Shown: piece by piece, positions 12,151 to 23,889 of the stretch
Numbering within the stretch: the stretch's first letter is position 1
Layout: every line of letters starts with the position of its first letter
Assembly: GCF_009914755.1 (NCBI RefSeq)
Contig: NC_060927.1
Strand: one strand, 5' to 3'
Source: the human T2T-CHM13v2.0 reference genome, Homo sapiens
Length of the DNA stretch: 64,000 nucleotides
Translations under genes and position numbers: made by a program
The notes under the pieces: generated by a model
What the model was told of the DNA's origin: nothing
Database searches by the model: none
What the model saw: the letters and a program-made list of their open reading frames with translations, nothing else

Positions 12151-14149
12151 ACCGGAAGGAAATAACAATAGTAATGATGACAATAATCATAATTTATGTT
12201 GGCCTATAAACTTTCAAAGTGCTCACCATCTAGAGAAAAAGATAAACACTGAAACACATAGCTGCAGTTGTCTATGATAAAAAATGTTGAGGACACATAG
12301 GGAAGCTGCTTGTAGTATGTCTGGCAGCCTGAGCAGGGTTTGTCCCCCAGGAACACTGGGGAAGCTGTGAAGCCCAGGAGGGGAGGTAACTTGCCCAGGA
12401 TCACACAAGAAGACTCATTCAGTTGTTCATTCATTCACAAAGCAAAGCTTTTGTCAGGCAAAAGGCAATAAACTTCCTCCAAAAGCCCATTGTCCAGTGG
12501 GGCAGCAACTGTGGATGCAGTGGGGGTAATTAACATACAAGAATGAGAACAGAATGCATGGTGTAAAAAGAAATGCAAATAAACTACAAAATTGGAGTGA
12601 AGAGGCATGAGGGTAGAAACCCACCTTGAAGAGGCAAGGAAGGCCCTTCAACCTGAATAAAAGCTAGGGGACTTGGGAATCTGAGATCCGGGAATAGGCT
12701 GCAGCTGCAAATGAAGAGACTCTGAATAGTGCCTCACCCAGTGGTGGACCTGTGGGGAGCATGGTCCCTGACCCTCTTCCCCCTGTACCTTGGTCTCCGT
12801 GCCTCACTGTCACCTGGGCTCTCCAGTGCTCACTTTCCCCTCCACTCAGCTAAGTGCTACTGGCTCCTAACAGCCCAGTGTCAAGTGCTCCCTCCTGCAG
12901 GAAGCCCTTCCAAACTACTCCAGGACACAACTTTCAATTATTATAGTGTGTGGCCCAAATGAATGGGAACAGCCCTGTCTAGGGAGGAAGGGGCTGTAAC
13001 CCTGGACAGCCATTCACTCATCAGATCTTAATTTGAGTGATTATGTGGGCACCCCTGGTTCCCAGCCGTTGTCCTTAACCAAACCTATAGGAATCCTTAG
13101 CCAAAAAAGATATTTTAAGGTTCATTTATTATTGAAGCTCCAGTATATATAGTCAGTTCTGTTCAATTTAGTAAACCAGTGTTCTTAATCATAACATGCA
13201 TATACTGTATGTATCTACATGCATATTCATAGAGATAAGTCATATTTAAATCCAACTGTAACGTTTCATTCGTGTTAACTGCAGTCCTTGCTTGTCAGGG
13301 AAGTAGCAGAGCCTTCAGCCAGGTGTAGAGGAGTGTGTATCAGTCCTCATCCTGTCTAGAAGCCCTTAATTGTCTTCTCCTACTGTGTTTTTGTGTCGGT
13401 CACCTATCTTTGGCTATTGACTTACATCCCACTTTGCTCTGCATCATGAAGGATGCTGCTTGTATAAGATTGAAAAGTGATTTTCAGAGACATCTTAGCC
13501 TCCATAGACCATTGCCCAAAGTTCGTAATAAATATGGTTTCTTCTTTGGCTATATTCTATCACACTAGCAAGTTTCTTTCTAATTTAGTTTGCATGGACA
13601 TGTACACTTCTAGAACTTGGTGTGAGTTACACAGACTTGCACGTTGGAGCTCTCAGTGAGGGTTTTCTTTTTCCTCTTCTGTAATGCTAGTGTTTTTATT
13701 GAATGGTTGGGAGAATGCCACATGTGATGATGGTTTTGTGTACAGCCTTGCCTTTTGATGAAAAGAATAACTTCCGAATTGTGAACAAGCTGAAAATGTT
13801 TCCCCCTTGTTGCTCAGAAGCTACAGCTCTTGGCTCCCTCACTGGGAGCTATTGCCCAGAATGCAGTCTCGCTCCCAATCTCCACCTGTATAGGATTTGC
13901 TCTTTAATTATCTCTGGGAATAGGATGCCAAAATCTGCAGTTTAATAAATAACTCAAGGGATTTTATGCATAATAATGCATAAGAATCAAGTTCCTGATG
14001 CAGGGCTGGGCAGAGATTAGGCCCTCAGCAAATAACTGTGATTGGGAATTTTACAGGTCTTGCTGGTTCTTTGATGCTGATTAATGCCCTTCAACCAAAA
14101 TTCCTACAGTGTCTGTTCTCCTACCTGTCTTGCTTCCTTCTGTCTTGCC

Positions 14150-14440
14150 TTTCTTCCTTCAGCATGTACTAAATTCTTTTTGGGTGCCAAGCCCTTTCTT
14201 TGGCATTGAGAATTCAGGAATGAAAACCACCCAGCCCTGCCTCAGAGAGTTGGCATTGGGAAATACAAGGAAAATCTATAAATATATTACTAGATAGTTG
14301 GTGCTATTACAGAGCCCAGCACAGGGTTCTTTTGGGGTCAGGGGCTCTGAGGTAGGTTCCCAGATGTGCCTTGAATGTAGATCTGAAGAATAATAAGTAG
14401 GAGCTAGGTGGGCCCATGAAAGGCTGAGTAATGTCCTAGG
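14150..14440 (-). mobile_element. L2 3' fragment
   Basis: TGGGTGCCAAGCCCT...CCCTGCCTCAGAGAGTT...CTTGAATGTAGATCTGAAGAATAATAAG. Confidence 0.6.
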
Positions 14441-14441
14441 A

Positions 14442-15448
14442 CAGTGGCTTTCATACTCTTTCAACTCAAGATATCTTTACACTCTTAAAAATTATTACTG
14501 AGGGCCACAAAGAACTTATTTGTAGTAGATCTGGATTAGTCAGGGTTCTCTAGAGAAGCAGTACCAGTAGGCGATATATATATATGCATACATAAAGAGA
14601 TTTACTATGAAGAACTGACTTACACAATTATGGAGGCTGAGAAGTCCCATTATCTGCTGTCTGCAAGCTGGAGACCCAAGAAAGCCAGGGTATAATTGTA
14701 ATCCAAGTCCAAAGGCCTGCAGACCAGAGGTGCTGATGATGTAAATCCCAGTCCAAAGGTAGGAGAAGACCTATGTCCCAGCTCAAGCAGGAAGGCAGGA
14801 AGCAAAAGGGCAATTTCCTCCTTTCTCTGCCCTTTTGCTCTATTCAAGCCCTCAAAAGATTGAATGATGCCCATCCACACTGAGGAGGACAGTCTACTTT
14901 GGTGAATCCACTAATGCTATCCAGAAACATCCCACAGATATACCCAGAAATAATGTTTAGTCTGGGCACCCCTTGTCAGCTTGACACATATACTTAACCA
15001 TCACAGTGTTATAGCTATCAATACTTAACCGTATTAGAAGTTAAAGCTGATATTTTAAAAGTATTTACTTAATGTATTTTTAATAATTAATAACAAATCT
15101 ATTACGTGGTAACATAAATTACATCTTTTATGAAAAAACATATTTTCTAAAACAAGGTGAATCCAGTGAGAAAAGTGGCCTTACTTTACTTGATTGCAAA
15201 TCTCTTTAATGTCTACCTTCACAGAAGACAGCAGGATTCTTATTTCTGCTTTTACATTTGCTCTGTGGCGAGATTATATTTCATGTAGCTTTTATAAAAC
15301 TTCACTGTTCATCGATAAGCAAAAACAAGTGAAAACAGCAAATAACATCTTCCTGTAATTTTGAAAATAGTTTTGAGTTCATGGATTCTTGCCCCAAAAG
15401 GGTCACAGGGAACCCCAGGATTCCCTGGACTATAATTTGAGAATTTCT
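14442..15448. mobile_element. MER119-like hAT-Charlie element split by an MLT2 LTR
   Basis: CTTTACACTCTTAAAAATTATT before the LTR; after it GCAAATCTCTTTAATGTCT...AGAAGACAGCAGGATTCT...GAAAATAGTTTTGA...CCCTGGACTATAATTTGAGAA. Confidence 0.75.
14532..15005 (-). mobile_element. MLT2B-like ERVL solo LTR
   Basis: ATTAGTCAGGGTTCTCTAGAGAA...ATTATGGAGGCTGAGAAGTCCCA...CTGCAAGCTGGAGACCC...TTGACACATATACTTAACCATCACA. Confidence 0.9.
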
Positions 15449-16399
15449 ATTTTAGAGAAAAGAATCTCAAGGACTTACAGTTGGCTAACTTGCCAGGCTT
15501 CAGACTTCTGCTGTGTAGGCAGGGAGACCAGGTACTCCTCCTGGAGGCTGTGTGACTGTCAAGCAGCAACTGCCCATCCCTACCTCCTGCCCAGCTAGCT
15601 ACATGTCAAGCAAATGGGAAACGTCACAGCAATCTCAGGACAGAGGTAGAATTTCCTCAAACCATTATAGTATTTTTTTTTTTTTGGAAAAGAGTCTTTG
15701 CTATTAGGGTACACAGAATGGTGCAAAACCCTCAGGCCTCTGTTTAAAGCAAATATATTTTTAAGAAGGCAGATATAAAATATTCTGTGCATGGATTGGA
15801 CTTTGTTTTTTGTTACTAATGTGGCTTCTATGCTGTTATGTAGAACAACATTGACATTTAGTTGATTAAAAAGCCACTAGACCCGTGTCTTAATATTTGG
15901 AACATTGTGATCATTTGAGGCTTGGTTGGGTTTTGCTAGTTTTTGTTTCTTGTGGTGGTTGTTTTTCCATTTAGAAAAACATAAAGAATTCCAGAACCAG
16001 AACTGTGACTTTATTATTGCAAGGCCAGGTGAGCTGTCAAAAGGGCTGTAATGCTGGAGACCACTTGTTAACTGTGCTGACATACAGGGACCATATTTAT
16101 GAACTACATAGTTGAATAAAGTTGGGTTTATGGACAGAAAAAAAGAATGAGAGAGAAAATGGTGAATAACTGTGTTCATTTGGTTCCCTTGGGATTGGGC
16201 TTGTTTTCTGCTTCTTTGCTATTAATGAAAAGAAATCCAATTTGTTCTACATGGTGAGCTTTGTAATTTAGATGCTTATTAATTCTAGGTTTGCATAGGA
16301 GCTCTTTGAAAAATATGGTCTTCAAAGCATTTATTCTCAAAGGCTAGTAAACGTTGCCTGAAAACAAGCAAAACACGTGTGGCTAAAATGTTTTCTGTG

Positions 16400-17270
16400 T
16401 TTAACACAAATTTATTGAGTACCTGCCATGTGCAAAACTCTCATCCAAGGTTGGAATGGTTGGGGATGTGGAAAAGATGCCCCCACAGTGGCCTACTGTC
16501 CAGCTGCAGGAGTGAGGCAAGTGTATAGAACAGATAGAAGAATGCTCCACTTTGCTAGGCCAGGTGGGAGGGTTGGAGACAGAGAAAGGTGGCTTGTAGG
16601 AAGGGATGATGTGGGCCCAGTGTGGAGTCAGGTGGGCTCAGATTTCCAAATGATGACTGACATTCTGGTGTGAGCTAAAAGTGTGTCAGCCCCGGAGATG
16701 GGGCAGGACTGTGATTCCTCCGCCATTGCTGAGTTCTCCATCTCTGTCCAGCCCCGCGATGCACACAGCATAGCAGGCAAGAGCAAGATCAAGGTCCCTG
16801 CCCTTGAAGAGAACACAATCTTGTTGGGGATGCATATGAATAAAGGAGAAATGCTGACAGGAAAACCTAAGGCATTCTGGGATGAATTCAGATCTCAGTT
16901 TAGGTTCTAACTGTTCACGAGATGAAACAAGAGCATGAACATCTTTGAGTTCAGCCATTTGATTCATTCAGCAGATATTTCTTAAGTGCTTATTTTGTGC
17001 CAAGCATATACCACAAGGCTTGAGGAACCAGAGGAGGCCAAGATGTGGTCTCTCTCATTCAGGGACATGCATCATCTTTTTCTCCTGTGTGCCTGGCACA
17101 ATGCTGGAATGCACAGTAGTTGCTCAGTTAGCATTTCTTTAACTTGAATCCAAAGGAAAGGTCAGACTCTAGTCCCAGCTCTGCGTCTGCCCAAGTTTGT
17201 GAACCTTGACAGGTCATTTAGCTTCTCTCACAGTTTTCTGCTTGTAGAAGAGAAATAATATCTAAATAAT
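16400..17270. mobile_element. Cluster of short L2 3' ends (both strands) and a MIR fragment
   Basis: ACAAATTTATTGAGTACCTGCCATGTGC, ATTCATTCAGCAGATATTTCTTAAGTGCTTA and GCCTGGCACAATGCTGG...GTAGTTGCTCAG. Confidence 0.6.
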
Positions 17271-18061
17271 CATTCCAGTTTTTTTTCCAAGCATAATTAC
17301 AATAACGTCCTTCAAACACAGAGGTCTCTACAGTTTACAAAATTATTTTACTTCCAAAATTTAAAATATATCCAACTGAAGGTCACTTGGGGAAAAGGAG
17401 ATTATGGTGGCTTCTAGAGATGTCTGTAAAATGTTCCAGAACAAATCTGTGCCTGAAGGGATCATTCGGTGTCCCAACTTGACCCTGTTATTGTGACCTG
17501 GCTCCAGTAACACAGGGGCTCTAGAGGATGTAGGCAGTGCTCCTGTATCCTAAGAGGCATCAACTTGCTCTGGCCAGATGCATGAGGAGACCAGCCATGA
17601 CCAGGAATCTCACTTTGGACTTCCATGGGATCAACATTCACTGGGAGGGCCTGCAGCTTTGGCACTTTAAAAATCTAGGATGCTGGGGAAAATGAAGTCC
17701 ACAGAAGTGCCACTTCTCTGATTTTAAGCAAGTTACTTCTTTCTGTGGTCTCCTTTCCTCTGTCTTTGAAATAGCAACCAGAAAACCTACTCATTTGGGT
17801 GGTGGTATGGATTAAATGAGACAATATATGTAATACTCAGAAAAAGCTATGTGTGAGCTATGTGGTTATCTCTGAAACTCGCAGTGGGAAGATGAAATAG
17901 CTTCTGGCTATAACTACATGAAACTTCATTTCTTTGAATTTTCCGATAACTGTGGCTAACCTAAAACTCCTTCATATTTCTTTTTCCATCACTGATAATC
18001 TAAAATGCTGGGTTCAGTTACAAGTGAAGTCTTCTGCTGATGATGGAGCTCTGAATCTTTG

Positions 18062-18429
18062 CGTCTTAGTTGGACAGCCATAACAAAATACAATAGACTA
18101 GGTGGTTTAAACAATAGGAATTTATTTCTCACAGTTGTAGCTGCTGGGAAGCCCAACATCAAGATGCCAACTGATTCAGCTCCTGGTGAGGGTTCTCTTC
18201 CTGGCTTGCAGATGGCCATCTTCTTGTTGTATGTTCATAACGGCAGAGAGCAAGCTCTGATCTATCTTCCTCCTCTTATAAGGACACTAATCCCACCATG
18301 AGGGCCCCACCTTCATGATCTCATCTAAGCCTAACTAACTCCCAAAGACCCCACTTCCAAATACCCTCATATTGGGAGCTAGGGCTTCAACATATGAATG
18401 TGGGGGACACAAGCCTTTAATCCATAATA
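18062..18429 (-). mobile_element. MLT1A0-like MaLR solo LTR
   Basis: GTCTTAGT...GCCATAACAAAATACAATAGACTAGGTGGTTTAAACAA...CTTATAAGGACACTAATCCCA...GGCTTCAACATATGAAT...TCCATAATA. Confidence 0.9.
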
Positions 18430-18519
18430 CCCTGTTTGGATTTTGAAGATGACTCTCCAGGGCTGTAGTGGAACAGAGACAGGGAGGAAGCGTCTTTTCT
18501 CATTGAATCAGCGCAAAGG

Positions 18520-18755
18520 GTTAGTGGTGTGTAGTGGAAAGCAAGCTGGCTTTGGGTCCAGCCTGATTTGAGTCCCCACCCCAACCCCACCACTTACTAG
18601 GTGTGTCATCTTGGGTAAAATGCTCAACCTCTTCTCCTCAAGTAGGAAATTATTTTTTACTTACCTATTGTTGTAAGTCCGAAGTAAAATAACCTACAGC
18701 GATTGTCCAATGCCCTGAATGTTGCATTAGAGGCGAGCTATGCATGATAGTTTGC
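18520..18755 (+). mobile_element. MIR SINE
   Basis: GTGTAGTGGAAAG...CCACTTACTAGGTGTGTCATCTTGGGTAAA. Confidence 0.7.
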
Positions 18756-18778
18756 TTCTCCCTGGAGGACATAGCTGT

Positions 18779-18792
18779 CACACACACACAGA

Positions 18793-18828
<36 letters not shown>

Positions 18829-18866
18829 CTCTCTCTCTCTCTGTCTCTCTTTCTCTCTCTCTCTCT
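18779..18866. repeat. Compound (CA)n-(CT)n microsatellite
   Basis: Interrupted CA run to about 18824, directly followed by a CT run to 18866. Confidence 0.97.
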
Positions 18867-19454
18867 ATGGTGATACTCTCTCTCTTCCTCCTGTTCCCTC
18901 TTTAGTACTAATCACTGTGTAGCCTCCACTCCGTGCTGAGGATCCTGTACGTGGATTCAAGCTGTCACCACACAAGACAGGGCCAGAAAGGGCTCCATTT
19001 GTATATTATTATTTATCTAATATATATTATATAATAGCCTGTTCATGCTCATTTCCAACAAGGAGCAAAATTAGAAATCACATCTCTTAATACTTTCAGA
19101 AACTGAATACAGGTCCCTTTAAACTCCATTCCCATTAGATAGTGTCTTCGAAACACCTTAAGTTGCTGTGTGTATAGTGTGGTGGGGGTAAAGGCATTTC
19201 AAATCCCTTATCTCCAAAAGGAAAGCAAGCTCTTCCTTCTTTTCCCTTTACATCACCTCAGCAAGGTCAGACACATCGTGAGAGGAAGCAGAACGTGCTC
19301 AGGCAGAAATGAGAAGCTCACCAGGGACTTTGGTACCAAGAAGAACCCTGGGATGCCTTGTTGAGCTCACCTTTCCATCCTGGACAGCCATAGTCCTTAC
19401 CTTCCAGCACAGAATGACACATTTACAGGACAAAGAAGAACTTGGGGGGCCCTT

Positions 19455-19730
19455 AATAGAGCAATGTGCAGCCATGGAAATTCAGACTCTTGAAAAATAT
19501 TTTAAAGAGACAAAATACGCCCAATATTTTGTTAAATAAAAAAAGTGAGGCACGGGATTGTATGTACAGTCTGATCATGAATATGGGTTTTTTTTTTCAA
19601 AGTGCACAAAATGAAGCCTGGCAGGACTGACACTAAAAACTGATAGATAACTTTTTAATTATTTCATTATTCTTCCCTGTCTTTCCAAGTATTTTTGCAG
19701 TGAACATGTGTTACTTTTATAATCGGGTAA
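19455..19730 (+). mobile_element. L1ME-type 3' end remnant
   Basis: ATGTGCAGCCATGGAAA...TTGTTAAATAAAAAAAG...TTTTGCAGTGAACATGTGTTACTTTTATAATC. Confidence 0.6.
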
Positions 19731-20615
19731 GGAATGGCATTTTGAAATCTCCGTCTCTTTACTCTAAGAACAGACCATGGATACTATAGTCATCCCCACC
19801 ACTAGTCAGTTACTCTCACTGTGCCCCCTACACCCTCATAGAAATGTATCTCCCTTTCTACACATATCCAGATCCTATACATCCTTCAAGGTCCAGTGTC
19901 TTCCAGATTGCCCTTGTCAAATATACTCACAGTTGCACATTCTGTGTATCCCCTTTATTCCCACAGGCCTTCCACTGTGTTAAACACAAAATGCTGGGAG
20001 CTCTGTGCACACAGGGCACTCATCAATAGTCTGCCACCCAATGAATCGCATGCCATGAAGAGTCTTTCCTTATTGTTTCCCTTAGTTATAAACACCCACT
20101 ATCACCTCCTTCATTAGAAGATGTAATTCCTTCCCACAGCATCGTAATTCTAAGAGGACAGCAACATGTTTAGAAAAAAAAAAACTCAGGTTTTATTGCC
20201 AACTGATCCCAGCTACACTATGCTGTGGTCTTGGGTAAGTTATTAAAACTCTGAGGCCCAGGTTGAACCTTTGTAAAGTGGAAGTCAAAGGCAGACTGAT
20301 CTCCTGATCTGCAGGACTTGAGAATTAGAGGAAATGAATATAATAAGAACAATGCCTGCCATCAAGTAGCTGCTTCACAGCCTTGCTCTTTGTCCTACTC
20401 TTCATGGACTTAAAGAGCTAGTTTTGCCTGGTCATTCACGCTGTGTGTTCTGGACACAGAACCCTATTACTATTTTGAGTCTCTAGTTTCAGCACCCACA
20501 TCATGTGGCTTTTCCAGAAAATTCATGAGTCTGTCACTGAAGTGGTTTTCTACTTACCAAAGGCAGTTTGTTTCAACCCCATCAGAGTTCTAGTGTTCTG
20601 GGATCCATTTTTGTC

Positions 20616-20618
<3 letters not shown>

Positions 20619-20656
<38 letters not shown>
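20619..20656. repeat. (TTA)n trinucleotide microsatellite
   Basis: About 12 perfect TTA units. Confidence 0.97.
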
Positions 20657-20687
20657 TATTTTTTCTTCTCTGTTGTTTCTACATGAG

Positions 20688-21041
20688 TGACATGGTTTGG
20701 CTGTGTCCCCACCCAAATCTCATCTTGAATTCCCACATGTTGTGGAAGGTACCTGGTGGGAGGTAATTGAATTATGGGGGTAGGTCTTTCCAGTGTTGTT
20801 CTCATGATAGTGAATAAGTCTCATGAGATCTGATGGCTTTATAACCGGGAATTTCCCTGCACAAGCTCTCTCTCTTTGCCTGCTGCCATCCATGTAAGAT
20901 ATGACTTGCTCCTCCTTGCCTTCCACCATGATTATGAGGCTTCCCCAGCCACATGGAACTGTAAGCCCATTAAACCTCTTTCTTTTGTAAATTGCCCACT
21001 CGGGTGTGTCTTTATCAGCAGCATGATAACAAACTAATACA
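20688..21041 (+). mobile_element. THE1B MaLR solo LTR
   Basis: TGACATGGTTTGGCTGTGTCCCCACCCAAATCTCATCTTGAATT...TTTCCCTGCACAAGCTCTCT...ACTAATACA. Confidence 0.93.
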
Positions 21042-22779
21042 ACTCAGAGTCCCAAACCATGTGGGACATTTCCAAACCCTGTCTAGCTTCCTGCTACACA
21101 CCTTGCCGGCCTCCTCCTGCTCTCCTTGCCCTTCCTCCTGGGCACTCCTGCCCCTGTGCTTTTCTGAGCTCTTTGGCAGAGCAGGGCATTGACTATGCTG
21201 CTGTCAATTATCATGTCCATGTCTCACTGCCTCATTCTACACAAACAAAAAAAAGTTTGATCTAATAACCTCTAAGTATTCCTCTCAGGATTCAGCATAA
21301 AGTATGTGGCATGTAGTAAATGCTGAAAAATCTTAATGACTTTGGAGGCGGTACTTAGTCACATCCATGGGACTATGCCTTTTTCAGGACGTGGCACATA
21401 GAGGGTACCCATTAAATGTTCATTGACTGAATTTTTCAGTTGGTTCGTTGTTTCTTCCTCTTTATCTTTTCTCAATAGTCCCTGTATCTTCTTGAAATCA
21501 GCTTCCCTAAAATGTCTGTACCCTAGCTTGTGAATATTCTGCTTTCTTCCACCATTCATGTGAGCAGAGGAGTCTGAGTCATTTCTGCTCTTTAAGGCTT
21601 CTGGTATATTAAAAATAGAGCAATGCCAAACCAATTAACAATACATTTCATTTAAATGTTTACATTTAACAATTAGGGTTGTATGGTGAAGGCTCCCTCA
21701 GAAATCTGTCAGAGTATCCTTTTAACAGGGTCTGTAGATATAATCCTTACAGGCACAACAGTCGGCCTCAATAATGTAAAGTTGGCTCATGAATGTGAAG
21801 GATGAACCACAGCACCTCCTCCCCACCCCATGATAGACCCCACCTCCATTTGCTGAACGTTGAACCTTAGGGGAAAGTATACTAGGGTGTCCAGTCACCT
21901 TAGAATTGGCTCTTGGCATCTATGGAAGGCTACAGATCCTTCAATCCTGGAACACTGACAGTAGCAATATCCACTTAGGAACCAGGCAAAATGGAATCAG
22001 AGAAAGAGTACAGGCTTCAGGGCCAGAGGGCCTCAGTTTTCCAGGCCACCTCTACTTCACATTAGATGTTGATGTGCAGGCAAGTTGCTTCAACACAGTG
22101 TAGGTGTAAGGGGCATCAGTTCAGAAGGTGGCATTCAATATCAAGGAAGGTAGCATTGGTAAACCCACTTAGTAGGCTCTCAATAAATGACTTCGATTGT
22201 TATATAACCTTTGCAATCCCTCCTGGAATTCACCCTGTGTCCTGATAAATAAATGTGTGGTGTTTATGGAGGAATCTGCATCTCCTTTGGGAGCATCTAC
22301 CTAGTTAATTCTAGCAAGCACATTTTGAAGTGACTGACTGCAATTCTGAAGCATTGTGTGAGGCATTAAAATCAGATTAGTTGGCCTTCCCCAAGAGAAC
22401 TGGTGAATTTTTCAAAACCACCCCTGCTCATTTCTCAGCCAGCTGGAGTCTGGATGTTGACAGTGTTGACAGAAACCTCTCAACGTACAGTGCCAAATTA
22501 TTAAACAATGTTCAACATTTCAGAAGCACAGTCTTCACTCCAGTTTTATGCTAAGTCATCCAGTATTCTGAGAAAACTGCCATTTGTTGACATGTTAGAA
22601 TCCCTTCCCATCCTCCCCCATTCTGCTGCCTCCCTAAGCGCAGCTCTAATGGAAATCCAAGGGCAAATTCTCCATTAAGAATCATTTCCTAACTGGACTG
22701 TCCTGAAGCTACACAGAACAGGTGATTTGAGTCCTGATTCAACATTTTACTAGCTGTGTAATCTTTAAGCCATGGTTTC

Positions 22780-23260
22780 ATCAGTTATTTATTCATTTGT
22801 TTATTTAACAAATATTTATTGAGAACATGCTGAGTGCTTGACTCTGTCTTCTCTGTTCCCTACTCTCATAGAACTTACAATCAGGTAGGAGAGTCAAACA
22901 TTAAGCACATAACTAAACAACTAATTATTTAAATTATGATCTTGACAAGTGAGACAAAGCAGAAGTATAGGGTCCTGGGAACATGTCACTGGGGTCCTGG
23001 CCTACCTGGCATCCGAGGGAAGGTTTCTCTGAGGAAGGCCAAGTAGGACATGTAGACAGAGGGGCAGTGAAGGACCAGAGGTGGCAAGATGCTTGGGGCA
23101 TGTAAGTGACAGGAGGATATCTGGCCTACCTGCTGATCCTCCCCAGGAGATGGTCCCAGGTAAGGCTGGTGAGAGGTGGGGCCAGATTTTGCAGGCTGGA
23201 CACTGGGTGTCTGTAGAGGAAAAGGAGGCAGGTACCCCAGAGGCTTCTGGGAGTGTAGGA
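22780..23260 (-). mobile_element. L2 3' fragment
   Basis: TTCATTTGTTTATTTAACAAATATTTATTGAG...CCCTACTCTCATAGAACTTACAATC...GGGAAGGTTTCTCTGAGGA. Confidence 0.75.
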
Positions 23261-23889
23261 GTGGGGCTAGTCTTACCAATAACATCACAGTATCATGGAG
23301 GGCAAGTGTTATCACAAGCAGGGCATAGGTGATGGCAATGCAGGCAGGCCAGAGAAGGTAGGACCTGTGGATTCCAGCAGACCTGCTGGGCACAGCAGGG
23401 TCCCTCAGTGATCAAGACAGCTATGCAGGGGCTTCAGGTCACAGCTAAAAGAACCAGACAGCCACAAGAGTCACCCCCACGTGCCCTACCAGAAATTATT
23501 CCCCCGTGACTAAGTCTTTCCTTCGTGCTTCTCCTTCCCTATTCTGTGGGGCCTTCGTGTCCTTATGTCTGCACCCTGGTTTAGCACTTGGCCCTGAACT
23601 TCCAATCTCTCAGGCCCGGGCTCTACACTCTCCTTCCCACTCTACTCAGCACATAAAAACACATATACCACATTCTTCTAGGACCGAAGCCTCATAGTTT
23701 TGTCAGGACTGACATTTCTCACCGTGGCGGCTTGTTCCCCAGTCATCCTGCTAGGGCCCCTTCTACCCTGTCCTCCTTATATCAACCCAAGGGAGATCTG
23801 GTCATGGGGTTCTAGCCTTCTCTGGTTTCCCTTTCCTGCTCTTCCTCCTCCATCTCCTCCTTTTAATTTGCCCTTTCTCCTCTAAGACT

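Noticed and set aside
13720-13800. Box C/D snoRNA-like arrangement (GTGATGA at 13724, CTGA at 13790, ACAT/ATGT ends)
   Set aside because: No D' box, only a 4-bp offset terminal stem and no long rRNA-antisense guide that I recognise; an Rfam or snoscan search would settle it
20940-20952. PRDM9 hotspot motif position in THE1B
   Set aside because: The sequence is CTTCCCCAGCCAC, which fails CCNCCNTNNCCNC at two positions
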